64,000 bases of DNA from an uncultured Candidatus Binatia bacterium. Lineage in GTDB: Bacteria > Desulfobacterota > Binatia > UBA9968 > JAJDTQ01. The translations under genes were made by a program, and so were the position numbers. Each line of letters begins with the position of its first letter. Positions within the stretch are counted from its first letter, which is position 1. Shown piece after piece: positions 26,218 through 36,759 of the stretch. The stretch lies in NCBI GenBank assembly GCA_965213675.1, contig OZ243916.1, positions 1,664,001 to 1,728,000 of the forward strand, given 5' to 3'. Under the pieces are notes generated by a model. That model did not search any database, had not been told where the DNA came from, and saw only the letters and a program-made list of their open reading frames with translations.

Positions 26218-28749
26218 TCACGCGTCCGCATGGCACAACTCGCTGGCGGGCGTGCGACTGGCCTTGAACGCGGGATAGAGGCTTGCCAGCACCGCGGCGC
26301 AGATAATGGCCAGGGCCTCGCCGGCGAGGGCCAGCCACGGCCAGGTCCACTCGATGCTCCAGCCGAAGTAGCTCTTCTGAATGACGAAGATCAGCACCAC
26401 GCCCAGGCCGGCGCCGGCGGCGTATCCCATGGCCAGGCCCAGGAAGGCCATGGCTGCGCCCTTGCTCACGAACAGCAGGAACACCTGGCGGCGGAAGGCG
26501 CCCAGGGTACGGTAGAGGGCGATCTCGCTGGCCTTCTCCTGGGCCACCACCAGCAGCGTGAGGGTGATGGCGCAGGCGGCGATGATGAGGCTCATGACCT
26601 GGAGGATGCGCGTCACCGCGAAGGTCTGGTCGAAGACATGGAGCACGTCGTCCTTGAGGCGCTGATTGCTGCGCACGCGCAGGAAGCCACGGGGGTAGCG
26701 GTTCTCGATGGCCGCGGCTACGGCTTCCGGGTCGGCTCCAGGCTTCAGGTGCAGCGCGACGCTCGTGAGGCGGCCCGCGCCCAGGGTTTCGGCCATGAGG
26801 GCCAGGTCCATGGTGACCGATCCGCCTTCCGTGTAGTCACGGTAGACGCCGGAAACGGGGAGGCGCACGGTTCCCAACGGGCCTTCGATCATTACCGCGT
26901 CCCCCACCGTCAGGGACGCGCTTTGGGCCAGCGGCTCGCCGACGAGGACGCCCCGTTCCCGGAGCGCCCGGGCCACCGCATCGGCGCCGGAAAGGAGCCC
27001 CAGGCGGCGCTGTTCGGCCGGCCGGTTCAAATCCACGGCCACCACCGCCACGCGCCGGCCGCCCACGGGAAGGGACAGGCGTCGCAGCGGATCGACGCCG
27101 CGCACCTCGGGCACGCGCGCCAGCCGCGCCACGAGGTCCGGATTCAGCGTGGCCTGCGGCCCGGCCCGCGCCCCCACCGTGGCGGTGACGTAGACATCGG
27201 CGCGCAGCGAGCGCTCCACCCAACGCACCAGGGTCTCGCGGAAGCTGCCCACCAGAAGCGTGATGCCCACCAGCAGGCACACGGCCATGGACAGGGACGA
27301 AACCGAGAATGCGGTGTTCGCGAGGGTGGCCCCGAGGCTGCGGACGCCGTAGCGGAAGCCGAAGTCCGGCACGCGGACGCACCCGGTGAGGCGCTGCACC
27401 AGCCAAGGAGCGAGCAGCGGCAGACATAGCATCATGACGGTGGCCAAGACGAAACCCGAAGGGCGCCAACGCCAACCCGCGAGCCAGTACCACGCCAGCG
27501 CAACGGCCACCAGCGCAAGGCCCAGGCGGAAGAGCGCGCGGGCGCGGGCGACGCCCGCGGACTGCGCCGGATAGGTGTCCAGCAGCGCGCGCGTGTCCCG
27601 GCGCCACACGTCCAGGGCGGGCAGAAGCGTGCCGCTCAGGGCGCCGCCCAGGCCCGCGAACACCGCCAGCGCCAAGGTGCCGCCGGACACCTCCAGCGAC
27701 TGAATTTCCCGGAGCATGTAGACGTTGGTCAGCGTGGAGCTGACCGCGTCCAGATTCCAGATGGCGGTCCAGTATCCCGCCACAATGCCGATGGCCACGC
27801 CCAGGATCCCGAGCAGCGCGGCTTCGCCCAGGATGAGCGCCAGAACCTGGGCCGGGGTGGAACCCAGGGAACGCAGCACACCGAACTCCCGGCGCTGCCA
27901 CACCAGGCACGCGCGCATGCTGCTGAACACGAGGAACGTGCCCACCAACAGGCTCACCATGCTCAAGGCGGTGAGGTTCAGGCGGAAGGCGCCGAGGAGT
28001 TGCCGCGCCTGCCCGGTGCGCTCCGACGCCGTGGCCGCGTCCACCCGGCCGCCCAGCCGATCCTCGATGCGCGCCGCCAGGGCCGGCAGGTCGGCGCCCT
28101 CCACCGCCTCGACGCCGATGCGGTGCAGGATGCCCGCGCCGCCGAACAGAGACTGGGCCTCGGCAATGTCCATCACCAGGGCGCGGCGGCTTCCGCCCGC
28201 GCCCCAGCGCTCGAAGTCCACCAGCGCGCCCACCTGGAGCGCGCGCACGCGCTCGCCGTCACGGACCTCGACGCGGTCGCCGACGGCCCAACCCATGGCC
28301 GCGGCCAGCTCCGGCGTGGCCGCCGCCCAGCCGCGGCGGCGCGCTGCCACACCCGCCTCCGTCTCCGGCGGGAGCCCCGACAACGCGCCCCGGAAGTCCG
28401 GAGAAGGCGCCAGGAGATCGATGCCCAAGAGCCGCGCGAACGTGCCTGGCCGCCCCACCACCGCCACCGTGGTCTCGAAGGCGGGCCAGGCCGCGGCCAC
28501 TCCCGGCGTGCCCCGCACCAGCGGGTAGAACGCGTCCCGCAAGGTGCCGCCCTTGCCCGTGACCACCACGTCGGCGGCGCCGCCGATGCTGTGCACGCCG
28601 GCCGCGAACGAAGCCACCGCGCTCTGGTTGAGGATGCGAATGCTGATGACCGAGGCCACACCCAGCGCCACACCCAGAACGGTCAATCCGTATAGCACCG
28701 GGTTGGTGCGCCAGTGGGCGGAGACCGTCTTGCAGAAGTAGCGCAGCAT
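26218..28749 (-). CDS. FtsX-like ABC transporter permease (AttF/G-type)
   Basis: LGVALGVA, MDIAEAQ, AFRLNLTALS, REFGVLRSLG and FDQTFAVT; two MacB/FtsX halves. Confidence 0.93.
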   Translation of the reverse strand: MLRYFCKTVSAHWRTNPVLYGLTVLGVALGVASVISIRILNQSAVASFAAGVHSIGGAADVVVTGKGGTLRDAFYPLVRGTPGVAAAWPAFETTVAVVGRPGTFARLLGIDLLAPSPDFRGALSGLPPETEAGVAARRRGWAAATPELAAAMGWAVGDRVEVRDGERVRALQVGALVDFERWGAGGSRRALVMDIAEAQSLFGGAGILHRIGVEAVEGADLPALAARIEDRLGGRVDAATASERTGQARQLLGAFRLNLTALSMVSLLVGTFLVFSSMRACLVWQRREFGVLRSLGSTPAQVLALILGEAALLGILGVAIGIVAGYWTAIWNLDAVSSTLTNVYMLREIQSLEVSGGTLALAVFAGLGGALSGTLLPALDVWRRDTRALLDTYPAQSAGVARARALFRLGLALVAVALAWYWLAGWRWRPSGFVLATVMMLCLPLLAPWLVQRLTGCVRVPDFGFRYGVRSLGATLANTAFSVSSLSMAVCLLVGITLLVGSFRETLVRWVERSLRADVYVTATVGARAGPQATLNPDLVARLARVPEVRGVDPLRRLSLPVGGRRVAVVAVDLNRPAEQRRLGLLSGADAVARALRERGVLVGEPLAQSASLTVGDAVMIEGPLGTVRLPVSGVYRDYTEGGSVTMDLALMAETLGAGRLTSVALHLKPGADPEAVAAAIENRYPRGFLRVRSNQRLKDDVLHVFDQTFAVTRILQVMSLIIAACAITLTLLVVAQEKASEIALYRTLGAFRRQVFLLFVSKGAAMAFLGLAMGYAAGAGLGVVLIFVIQKSYFGWSIEWTWPWLALAGEALAIICAAVLASLYPAFKASRTPASELCHADA

Positions 28750-28855
28750 GGTCGAGCCAATGGTTCCGTATCAAACAACGAGATCACGCAGCCGCCGCCG
28801 TATGTCGCCGCGGCATGTCGGCCGGCAAACCGACATCGCCGATTCTCGCGAACTT

Positions 28856-28882
28856 GCAGGGGCGACCGGTGGTCGTCCCTGT
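28856..28882. repeat. REP-like palindrome (GCAGGGGCGACCGGTGGTCGTCCCTGT)
   Basis: Same family as the copies at 19020 and 23772. Confidence 0.65.
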
Positions 28883-28937
28883 GGCGCTCACCACGCGAGG
28901 GAAACCCACGCAGCCGGCGACAAGACGAACCAGCACT

Positions 28938-29669
28938 TCAACGCAGAAACGCTCCGGACACGACTCCACGCGCCGCGCCGGTATCCGCCTCCAGGCTACC
29001 GCTGTGAAGCCGCAAGACGCCGTCGGCCATGGCCGCCAACTCCCGGCTGTGGGTGGCGAAGATGAGTGTCGCGCCCTCCTCCGCCACCATCTGGAGCATG
29101 AGGTCCATGACCACCTGACCGCTGGCGTCGTCGAGGCTGCCGGTGGGTTCGTCGGCCAGCAACAGGCGCGGGCGCCGCAGCAGTGCCCGGCAGATGGCCA
29201 CGCGCTGCATCTCGCCGCCGCTCAAGACCGCCACCGGGTCGCCGGCCCGGTCCGGCAGGCCCACCCGCTCCAGCAGCGCCGCCACGCGCTGGCGGTAGGC
29301 GCGCTCCCGCACGCCGGCGATAAGGTCCGGCAGGGCCACGTTGTCCCGCACCGTCAGGTGGGGCAGGAGATGGAAGAGCTGGAACACAAAACCGATGTCG
29401 CGCCGGCGCAGCCGCGTGCGCTCGGTCTCGTTGAGGCCTTCCAGCGGCGCGCCGTGCAGGGCCACCGAACCGCGCGTGGGCACATCGATGCCGGCCGCCA
29501 AGTGCAGCAGCGTGGACTTGCCGCTGCCGCTGCGCCCGACGACGGCCACGGTCTTGCCCGAGGCGATATCGAACGTGACGTCGCGCAACGCGTAGCGTTC
29601 CGCGGAGCCCGTGCCGTCGTAGACCTTCGAAACGCGGTTGAAGCTGAGGGCGGCCGCGTCCATCGTCAC
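28938..29669 (-). CDS. ABC transporter ATP-binding protein (LolD/AttE-like)
   Basis: [25 protein letters not shown] and ATH. Confidence 0.96.
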   Translation of the reverse strand: MTMDAAALSFNRVSKVYDGTGSAERYALRDVTFDIASGKTVAVVGRSGSGKSTLLHLAAGIDVPTRGSVALHGAPLEGLNETERTRLRRRDIGFVFQLFHLLPHLTVRDNVALPDLIAGVRERAYRQRVAALLERVGLPDRAGDPVAVLSGGEMQRVAICRALLRRPRLLLADEPTGSLDDASGQVVMDLMLQMVAEEGATLIFATHSRELAAMADGVLRLHSGSLEADTGAARGVVSGAFLR

Positions 29670-30559
29670 GCGGCGATCACGTGGCGCAGACCCTCTTCGA
29701 GCGAAGCGTGACGGAACGCGTAGCCGGAGTCCAGCAGCGTGGCGGGCCGGACCCGGGTGCTGGCCAACAGCAGCGCCTCCGCCATTTCGCCGAATGCCAA
29801 GCGGGCGGCGAACCCGGGCATGGGGAACAGGGTGGGACGCCGCAGCACGCGGCCGAGAGTCTTGGTGAACTCATGGTTGGTGGCCGCCACGGGCGCCACG
29901 ACGTTCACCGGTCCGGCCGCCGAATCCGTGGCAAGCAGATGGGTGAGGGCCGCAACGGTGTCGTCCAGGGTGATCCAGCTCATGAATTGCCGGCCGTTGC
30001 CGATGATGCCCCCCGCCCCGAGCCTGAAGGGCGTGAGCATCTTGGCGAGAGCGCCGCCTTCCGTGCTCAGGACCACGCCCAGCCGCGCGTGGACCACGCG
30101 GACGCCCTTCTCTTGCGCCGGCTCGGTGGCCGCCTCCCACTCACGGCACACGCCCGGAAGGAAGCCTTGGCCGGACGGGCTGGCCTCGGTGAGCACCTCG
30201 TCGCCGCGGTCGCCGTAGAACCCCACCGCCGAGGCCGACACCCACACCCCCGGCGGCCGTTCCAGTCCGGCCAGGGTCTCCGCCAGCAGCCGCGTGCCGC
30301 GCACACGGCTGTCCCGGATGCGGCGCTTCTTCTCCGCGGTCCAGCGCGCGGTGGCAATGTTCTCGCCGGCCAGGTGAATGATCCCGTCAAACCCTTCCAG
30401 CGGCCCGGCGTCGAGGACACCGCGTTCCGGATCCCAGGAAAGATCGCCAGCCGCGCTTTGGGAACGCCCCAGCCGCACCACCTCATGGCCGCCGCTGACG
30501 AGCAGCGCCGTCAAGGCGCGGCCCACCAGTCCCGTAGCTCCCGTCACCAGAATCTTCAT
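29666..30559 (-). CDS. TIGR01777 family (YfcH-like) NAD-dependent epimerase
   Basis: MKILVTGATGLVG, HLAGENI, SASAVGFYG and GNGRQFMSWI. Confidence 0.93.
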   Translation of the reverse strand: MKILVTGATGLVGRALTALLVSGGHEVVRLGRSQSAAGDLSWDPERGVLDAGPLEGFDGIIHLAGENIATARWTAEKKRRIRDSRVRGTRLLAETLAGLERPPGVWVSASAVGFYGDRGDEVLTEASPSGQGFLPGVCREWEAATEPAQEKGVRVVHARLGVVLSTEGGALAKMLTPFRLGAGGIIGNGRQFMSWITLDDTVAALTHLLATDSAAGPVNVVAPVAATNHEFTKTLGRVLRRPTLFPMPGFAARLAFGEMAEALLLASTRVRPATLLDSGYAFRHASLEEGLRHVIAA

Positions 30560-30753
30560 TCCCGGTCCTCCGTTGCGGCGGCGCCAGTGGCCGCCCATTC
30601 GATGTCGATGTTCCACGTTATTCCTTCCATGATAGCACCTCGCCCCGCTTCCCACGCATACGCGCGCAGTTTGACTTACCGGTGAGGTGTCCTTAAATCT
30701 TCGTAGACAGGGCTTGCATCATGTCGCCCTGCCTGACCGTCCGTCCTCGAACC

Positions 30754-32001
30754 ATGCTTGAAAATCTGCTGAAGAAGGTGGAGGAGCGCACCGGCTACTT
30801 CGGCGCCTATGGCGGCGCGTTTACGCCGGAGATTCTGCGCACGACGCTGGATGAATTGATCGCGGCCTTTGACGACGCGCGCCGGGACCCGGCTTTCTGG
30901 GACGAGTTCCGGGGGGTGATGCAATCCTACTCATGCCGGCCGACACCCGTCACGCATCTGCAGAACCTGAGCGACACGCTGGGCGGGGCGCAGATCTATC
31001 TCAAGCGGGAAGACCTGAACCAGACGGGCTCCCACAAGATCAACAACGTCATGGGACAGGGACTGCTGGTGACGCGCATGGGCAAGAAGCGCGTCATCGC
31101 CGAGACCGGAGCCGGCCAGCACGGCGTCGCCACCGCCACCATGGCCGCCCGGCTGGGCCTTGAGTGCACCATCTACATGGGCGCGGTGGACGTGGAGCGG
31201 CAGCGCCCCAACGTGTTCTGGATGGAGCGGCTCGGGGCGACGGTGATTGCGGTCGAAGACGGCTCGGCCACGCTCAAGGACGCCATCAACCAGTGCCTGC
31301 GGGACTGGGCGTTCTCCATGGACGACACCCACTACGTGCTCGGAACCGCCTGCGGGCCGCACCCGTTTCCGCAGATCGTGGCGTATTTCCAACAGATCAT
31401 CGGACAGGAATGCCGCGAGCAGATGACGGCCCTCAACGGGCGCCTGCCGGACCGGGTGTACTGCTGCGTGGGCGGCGGCTCCAACGCCACCGGCACGTTC
31501 CTGGGTTTCCTCGACGATGCGGACGTGGAGCTGGTGGGAATCGAGGCCGGCGGCGAAGGGCTGGACACCGGCCGCCACGCGGCCCGACTGGCGGGCAACG
31601 GCGGCACCCCCGGCGTGGCCCAGGGCTACAAGACCTGGTTTCTCCAGGACGAGGAAGGGCAAATGCGCCACACTCACTCGGTGGCCGCGGGCCTGGACTA
31701 TATCGGTGTGAGCCCGATTCTGGCGTGTCTGCGGGAGAACGGGCGGGTGCGTTTCGAGGCCGCCACCGACAACGAGGTGCTGGAAGGGTTCCAGATGCTG
31801 CTGCAACGGGAAGGCATCATCGCTGCCCTGGAGAGCGCCCACGCGGTGGCCGGCGTCATCCGCGAGGCGCCGCGCATGGGCCGGGACCAGGCCGTGCTGG
31901 CGACCCTGTCGGGCCGGGGCGACAAGGACATCTTCACCATCGCCGAGGCGCTGGACGATCCCGGCTGGCGGCGTTTCCTTGAGCGGAAGGCCGGCCGGTG
32001 A
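30754..32001 (+). CDS. trpB: Tryptophan synthase beta chain
   Basis: LKREDLNQTGSHKINN, AETGAGQHG, VGGGSNA, SVAAGLDY and LSGRGDKD. Confidence 0.97.
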   Translation: MLENLLKKVEERTGYFGAYGGAFTPEILRTTLDELIAAFDDARRDPAFWDEFRGVMQSYSCRPTPVTHLQNLSDTLGGAQIYLKREDLNQTGSHKINNVMGQGLLVTRMGKKRVIAETGAGQHGVATATMAARLGLECTIYMGAVDVERQRPNVFWMERLGATVIAVEDGSATLKDAINQCLRDWAFSMDDTHYVLGTACGPHPFPQIVAYFQQIIGQECREQMTALNGRLPDRVYCCVGGGSNATGTFLGFLDDADVELVGIEAGGEGLDTGRHAARLAGNGGTPGVAQGYKTWFLQDEEGQMRHTHSVAAGLDYIGVSPILACLRENGRVRFEAATDNEVLEGFQMLLQREGIIAALESAHAVAGVIREAPRMGRDQAVLATLSGRGDKDIFTIAEALDDPGWRRFLERKAGR

Positions 32002-32774
32002 ACCTGCGGAACTACATTCAGGACCGGCTCGGGGCACGGAAAATCCTGCTCATGACCCACGTGATCGTGGGTTATCCGTCCCTGGACGTGAACTGGCGCA
32101 TGCTGGAAGCGATGGCGCGCGCCGACGTGGATCTGGTGGAGTTGCAGATGCCCTTCAGCGAGCCCATCGCCGACGGGCCGGTGTTCGCCCGGGCGAACCA
32201 GGAGGCACTCAAGCAGGGGCTTTCCGTCGACCAGTACTTCGATTTCATGGCAAGGGCCACCGAGCGGTTCGGGTTTCCGCACCTGATGATGGGGTATTAC
32301 AACACCGTGTTCCAACTCACCCATCGGACCTTCTGCGAGCGGCTGAGCGCGGCCGGCGGCGCGGGTTTCATCGTCCCCGACCTTCCCATCGAAGAATACC
32401 GTGATCTCGCGCCACTCAGCGAGGCAAACGGGTTGACGCCCGTGGCGCTGTTCACCCCGACCAACACGGACGCGCGCCTGGCCGAGATCGGGCGCCACGG
32501 CCGCGGCTTCGTCTACGGCGTCGCCCGGCGCGGCGTCACCGGCAAGCGCACCGACCTGCAAGCCGGCATTGACGCGCTGGTGGCCCGCTACCGCGCGGCC
32601 ACGGACCTTCCCTTGGCGCTGGGCTTCGGCATCGCGGGCGGCGACGACGTGCGCCAGCTCCACGGAAGCTGCGAAATCGCCATCGTCGGCTCGGCGCTTT
32701 TGGAACGCTGGGAGAACGGCGGCGAGGAAGCGTACTCGGAGCTTCTCGACGAGTTGCAGAAGGCGCGCGGCTGA
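31998..32774 (+). CDS. trpA: Tryptophan synthase alpha chain
   Basis: GYPS, ELQMPFSEPIADGP, MGYYN, VPDLP, GVTG and GFGI; GTGA overlap with trpB. Confidence 0.97.
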   Translation: MNLRNYIQDRLGARKILLMTHVIVGYPSLDVNWRMLEAMARADVDLVELQMPFSEPIADGPVFARANQEALKQGLSVDQYFDFMARATERFGFPHLMMGYYNTVFQLTHRTFCERLSAAGGAGFIVPDLPIEEYRDLAPLSEANGLTPVALFTPTNTDARLAEIGRHGRGFVYGVARRGVTGKRTDLQAGIDALVARYRAATDLPLALGFGIAGGDDVRQLHGSCEIAIVGSALLERWENGGEEAYSELLDELQKARG

Positions 32775-32849
32775 GCGGCGTCCGTTCGCGACGGATGCCG
32801 GAAGAAGTTCGACCGGAACCATCGTACAGCGAGCGAGGCGACCAGGAAG

Positions 32850-33800
32850 ATGAAAGCGGTCTACATCCCCGAAACCGGCGGCCCGGAAGTGCTGACCTAC
32901 GGCGAGGTTGCCGAGCCGGAGATCGGCGCCACGGACCTGCTGGTCCGGGTCAAGGCCGCGGCGCTCAACCGACGGGATCTGTTTGCCCGGGAGGGAAGCC
33001 ACGGCGTCAAGCCGCCGCTGCCCCACGTTCCCGGCCTGGAGATAGCGGGCGAAGTGGTGGACGCCGGAGCCGAGACCACCGGGTTCAAGGCCGGCGACCG
33101 GGTGCTGGGACGTTGCCGGGGCGGCGGCTACGCGGAGCTGGCGCGGATGGAAGCCGCCGACGCCTACGTCTTCCCGGAGTGGTTGTCCTTCGAGGAGGCG
33201 GCGTGCATCGCCGTGCCCTTCGGCACCGCTTGGCGCATGCTGGTGCGCCGGGCGGAACTCAAGGCGGGGGAAGACCTGCTGGTGATGGCCGCGGGCAGCG
33301 GCATCGGCAGCGCCGCCATCCAGCTCGGCAAGCTCCTGGGAGCGCGTGTCCTCACCACGGCCGGGGCCCAGTGGAAGCTCGACAAGGCCGCGGAACTGGG
33401 CGCCGACGCGGGCATCAACTACAACGAGTTCCCCGAATTCAGCAAAAAAGTCCGGGAACTGACGGACGCTGAGGGTGTGCACGTCATCTTCGAGCACGTG
33501 GGCGCGCCGGTATGGCGCGAGTGCTTCGCCAGCCTGCGGCGCGGCGGCCGCTTCATCAACTCCGGGGTTACCGCCGGCCACCGGGTGGAACTGCACCTGG
33601 GGCAGCTCTGGACCCGGGAACTGACCCTCATGGGCACCACCATGCGCCCGCGCGAGGACATGCCGGAGATCATGAAGCTGGTGTACGAACGGAAACTGCA
33701 CGGCATCCTGTCCGAGGCCCTGCCACTCAGGGAGGCCGCCCGCGCCCACGAGTTGATGGAGCGCAGCGAGTTCTTCGGCAAGATCGTGCTGGTGCCGTAG
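32850..33800 (+). CDS. Zinc-independent MDR quinone oxidoreductase family protein
   Basis: GGPEVLTY, PHVPGLEIAG, GGYAE, AAGSGIGSAAIQ and GKIVL. Confidence 0.92.
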   Translation: MKAVYIPETGGPEVLTYGEVAEPEIGATDLLVRVKAAALNRRDLFAREGSHGVKPPLPHVPGLEIAGEVVDAGAETTGFKAGDRVLGRCRGGGYAELARMEAADAYVFPEWLSFEEAACIAVPFGTAWRMLVRRAELKAGEDLLVMAAGSGIGSAAIQLGKLLGARVLTTAGAQWKLDKAAELGADAGINYNEFPEFSKKVRELTDAEGVHVIFEHVGAPVWRECFASLRRGGRFINSGVTAGHRVELHLGQLWTRELTLMGTTMRPREDMPEIMKLVYERKLHGILSEALPLREAARAHELMERSEFFGKIVLVP

Positions 33801-33856
33801 AATGTCCCATCCAGTGCTGGTGTCGCTACCGAAACGAGCATGGTAGCCAAGCCCTG

Positions 33857-34017
33857 GGAGCCTGTCGGGTTTATCAAGAATCTACTGCGAGGCAGCGAAA
33901 TGGGTCCATTTCCGGTTGGATTTTCGTCCAATATTACCAACATACTCCTCAAATCCGCCCGAAACCGGCCTCCATTTCTCTGCCTCTCGCTACGATTCGA
34001 TAAACTCGACAGGCTCC
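33857..34017. mobile_element. MITE-like long imperfect palindrome (about 160 bp)
   Basis: Terminal IRs ggagcctgtcgggtttatc / gataaactcgacaggctcc (1 mismatch); the internal arms are also complementary; non-coding. Confidence 0.7.
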
Positions 34018-34120
34018 TATTGAGAGCCGCATAATATCGTGACACCCGAGCATGCCGGCCTCTCCTTTAGAAGGCGGTAAAGAGCACGGAAAGGCGTCAC
34101 TATATTGTGCAATGGTCAAT

Positions 34121-34255
34121 AGAATCGTCATTCCCGCGAAAGCGGGAATCCAGGAGGGGCGAGGCGGGGAAACGCCGCGGTATGCCCCTGCACCGTCCCT
34201 GGATTCCCGCCCCCGATCGGGGTCGAGGGCAAGCTTTCGCGGGAATGACGATTCT
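34121..34255. repeat. ATTCCC-N-GGGAAT (dRS3-like) composite palindromic repeat
   Basis: Perfect 23-bp IR agaatcgtcattcccgcgaaagc / gctttcgcgggaatgacgattct; right half repeated at 39441-39492. Confidence 0.85.
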
Positions 34256-34360
34256 GGGGATCCGAGATCTCATCTCGTGACACCGATTCTTCATCCCCTG
34301 GTATGTCGGATTCAAGCCAGAGTGGGTGATCGCCGGTCACGGTTCGAGGCATGAGAGCTT

Positions 34361-35308
34361 ATGCGGTTCGGGATCATGGGGACAGGCGGCGTGGGGGGTT
34401 ACTTCGGAGGGCTGCTGGCGCGGGTGGGCTGGCCGGTGTGCTTCATTGCCCGGGGCAGTCACCTCCGCGCCTTGAGAGAGCACGGTCTGCGCGTGGATTC
34501 GGTGGAGCCGGGAGGGTTTAGGGTCCGGGACGCGGTGTTCACCGACGATGCGGTGGAGGCCGGACCGTGCGACGTGATCCTGTACTGCGTCAAGACCCCT
34601 TCCAACGACACCGCGATCCCGTTCATGCGGCCCATGATGCACTCCGATTCCGTTGTGATCTCGCTGCAGAACGGTGTCGACAACGGCGAGAGGCTGGCGC
34701 GGGAATATGGCGCGGGACGGGTGATGGAGGGGGCGGCCTATGTCTTCAGCACCATCGCCGGGCCGGGGCGAATTCACCAGACCGGCGGCCCGCGCCGCAT
34801 CGTGTTCGGACGCCTCGATGGCGGCGCCACCGCCGAGGGGGAGCGGATCGTGGAGGCCATGCGCCGTGGGCAGGTGGACGCGCGCCTCTCCACGGACATC
34901 CGCATCGAACTGTGGAACAAGTTCATCCTGATCTGCGCGGTGAGCGGCATGACCGCGCTGACCCGGCGGCCCCTGGGTGAGATCCTCGGCTATGACGGCA
35001 CCGCGCGCATGGCCCGGGAAGTGATGCGGGAGGTGTACCGGCTGGCGCTGGCCATGGGCATTCCGCTGGAACCCGATTCCGACGCCGCGAACTATCGCTT
35101 CATGACGCGACAGCCGCCCTCCAGCAAGGGGAGCATGTGCCACGACGTGGAGGCCGGACGGCGGCTTGAAATCGACGCGCTCAACGGCTTCGTCTCGCAC
35201 ATGGGCCGGGTCCATGGGGTGGCCACGCCGCTCAACGATTTCCTCTACGACACGCTGAAGCTGGAGGACGTGCAGGCGGCGCAACGGCTCAACGAAGGGC
35301 CATCGTGA
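34361..35308 (+). CDS. panE: 2-dehydropantoate 2-reductase (ketopantoate reductase family)
   Basis: GTGGVGGYFG, SLQNGVD, LWNKF, SMCHD and EIDALNG. Confidence 0.9.
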   Translation: MRFGIMGTGGVGGYFGGLLARVGWPVCFIARGSHLRALREHGLRVDSVEPGGFRVRDAVFTDDAVEAGPCDVILYCVKTPSNDTAIPFMRPMMHSDSVVISLQNGVDNGERLAREYGAGRVMEGAAYVFSTIAGPGRIHQTGGPRRIVFGRLDGGATAEGERIVEAMRRGQVDARLSTDIRIELWNKFILICAVSGMTALTRRPLGEILGYDGTARMAREVMREVYRLALAMGIPLEPDSDAANYRFMTRQPPSSKGSMCHDVEAGRRLEIDALNGFVSHMGRVHGVATPLNDFLYDTLKLEDVQAAQRLNEGPS

Positions 35309-36018
35309 ACGCGCTTCGCCAACACACGGACAAGATCGCCGTGGACCGGGGCATGGAGGTGTCCACAGTGACGGCGGAGCCCCCGGGCGGCCGGTCCGGC
35401 GCGGCCGACGTCATCGTGCTCGCCCACGGCGCGGGCGCGGACATGCACCACCCGTTCATGACCTTCTTCCACGAGGCATTGGCCCGGGCGGGTTGGCTGT
35501 CGGTCAAATTCAACTTTCCCTACAAGGAGTTAGGGCGAAAGGCCCCGGACCCCGCAGCCCGGCTGGAGGACGCGTTCGAGCGGGTTCTGGACCATGTGCG
35601 CGGGACTCTGCGTCCGGCGCCGGGCCGGCTCTTCATCGGCGGCAAGTCCATGGGCGGCCGCATCGCCGCCAACGTCGCGGCCAAGGAAGCGGAGGCGGGC
35701 GAACAGAACCTCGCGGGCCTCGTCTTCCTGGGCTACCCGCTGCACGCGCCCAAGCGCCACGACAAGCTGCGCGCCGACAACCTCATGAAGATCGCCGCGC
35801 CCATGCTGTTCGTGGAGGGCACCAGCGATCCCTTCTGCCGCCTGGACCTGTTGGACGAGGTGCTGGAGCGGGTGACGGCCGCGACCACGAAGCACCTGAT
35901 CGAAGGCGGCAACCACGACTTCCGCGTCCCCAAGCGGCTGGGCCGCGAGCCCGAGGACATCTGGCAGGAGGTCGTAGAGGTCATCGGCCGCTGGCGGAAG
36001 ACGCTGCCCGCCGGGTGA
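35305..36018 (+). CDS. Alpha/beta hydrolase (KANSL3-like family)
   Basis: LAHGAGADM, GGKSMGGR, LGYPLH and GGNHDF. Confidence 0.9.
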   Translation: MNALRQHTDKIAVDRGMEVSTVTAEPPGGRSGAADVIVLAHGAGADMHHPFMTFFHEALARAGWLSVKFNFPYKELGRKAPDPAARLEDAFERVLDHVRGTLRPAPGRLFIGGKSMGGRIAANVAAKEAEAGEQNLAGLVFLGYPLHAPKRHDKLRADNLMKIAAPMLFVEGTSDPFCRLDLLDEVLERVTAATTKHLIEGGNHDFRVPKRLGREPEDIWQEVVEVIGRWRKTLPAG

Positions 36019-36088
36019 TGAGAGCGGCCCGCCCGCAAACCTCCGGGTTGGCGACCCTCGCCTCGCGGACCAGGCGGCGCGGGCGCCG

Positions 36089-36685
36089 TTACTTCGCCGC
36101 TTCCTTGCGGCGCGCCGTCTGGGTCACCACGGGTTCCATCGGCACGTCGCTGTGGGGGCCGCGGTTGCCGGTCTGCACACCGGCGATCTTGTCCACCACA
36201 TCCATCCCCTCCACCACACGGCCAAACACCGCATAGCCGAAATCGCGGGTGCCGTGGTCGAGGAACGCGTTGTCTTTCAAGTTGATGAAAAACTGGGAGG
36301 TGGCGCTGTTGACGTCCGAGGTACGCGCCATGGACAGGGTGCCGCGGGAATTCTTGACGCCATTGTCGGCCTCGTTCTTGATGGGCGCACGGGTTGGTTT
36401 CTGGTTCATGTCGGCGGTGAAGCCGCCGCCCTGGATCACGAAACCGGGAATGACCCGATGAAAGATGGTGCCGTCGAAGAAGCCGGCATCGACGTATTCA
36501 AGAAAGTTCTTCGTCGTGACCGGCGCCTCTTCGGACAAAAGCTCGATCATGATGTCGCCCATCGACGTGGAAAATGTCACCACAGGCCTGTCTCCTCCCT
36601 CTGCGGTTGGACTGAACGCCACCGCGCCCAGAAACAAAAAGATCGCCGCTGCAAGGCACCTGAGTGCCGTTCCCTGCTGTCTCAA
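36089..36685 (-). CDS. ppiA: Periplasmic cyclophilin-type peptidyl-prolyl isomerase
   Basis: [31 protein letters not shown] and GYAVFG; signal peptide; TTG after GGAGG. Confidence 0.95.
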   Translation of the reverse strand: MRQQGTALRCLAAAIFLFLGAVAFSPTAEGGDRPVVTFSTSMGDIMIELLSEEAPVTTKNFLEYVDAGFFDGTIFHRVIPGFVIQGGGFTADMNQKPTRAPIKNEADNGVKNSRGTLSMARTSDVNSATSQFFINLKDNAFLDHGTRDFGYAVFGRVVEGMDVVDKIAGVQTGNRGPHSDVPMEPVVTQTARRKEAAK

Positions 36686-36759
36686 GAGATACCTCCTTTG
36701 GTGTCCCAATGTTCGAACCGGCCGTTGTCTTGTGTCCGATACGAGCACTTGACCTGTGC

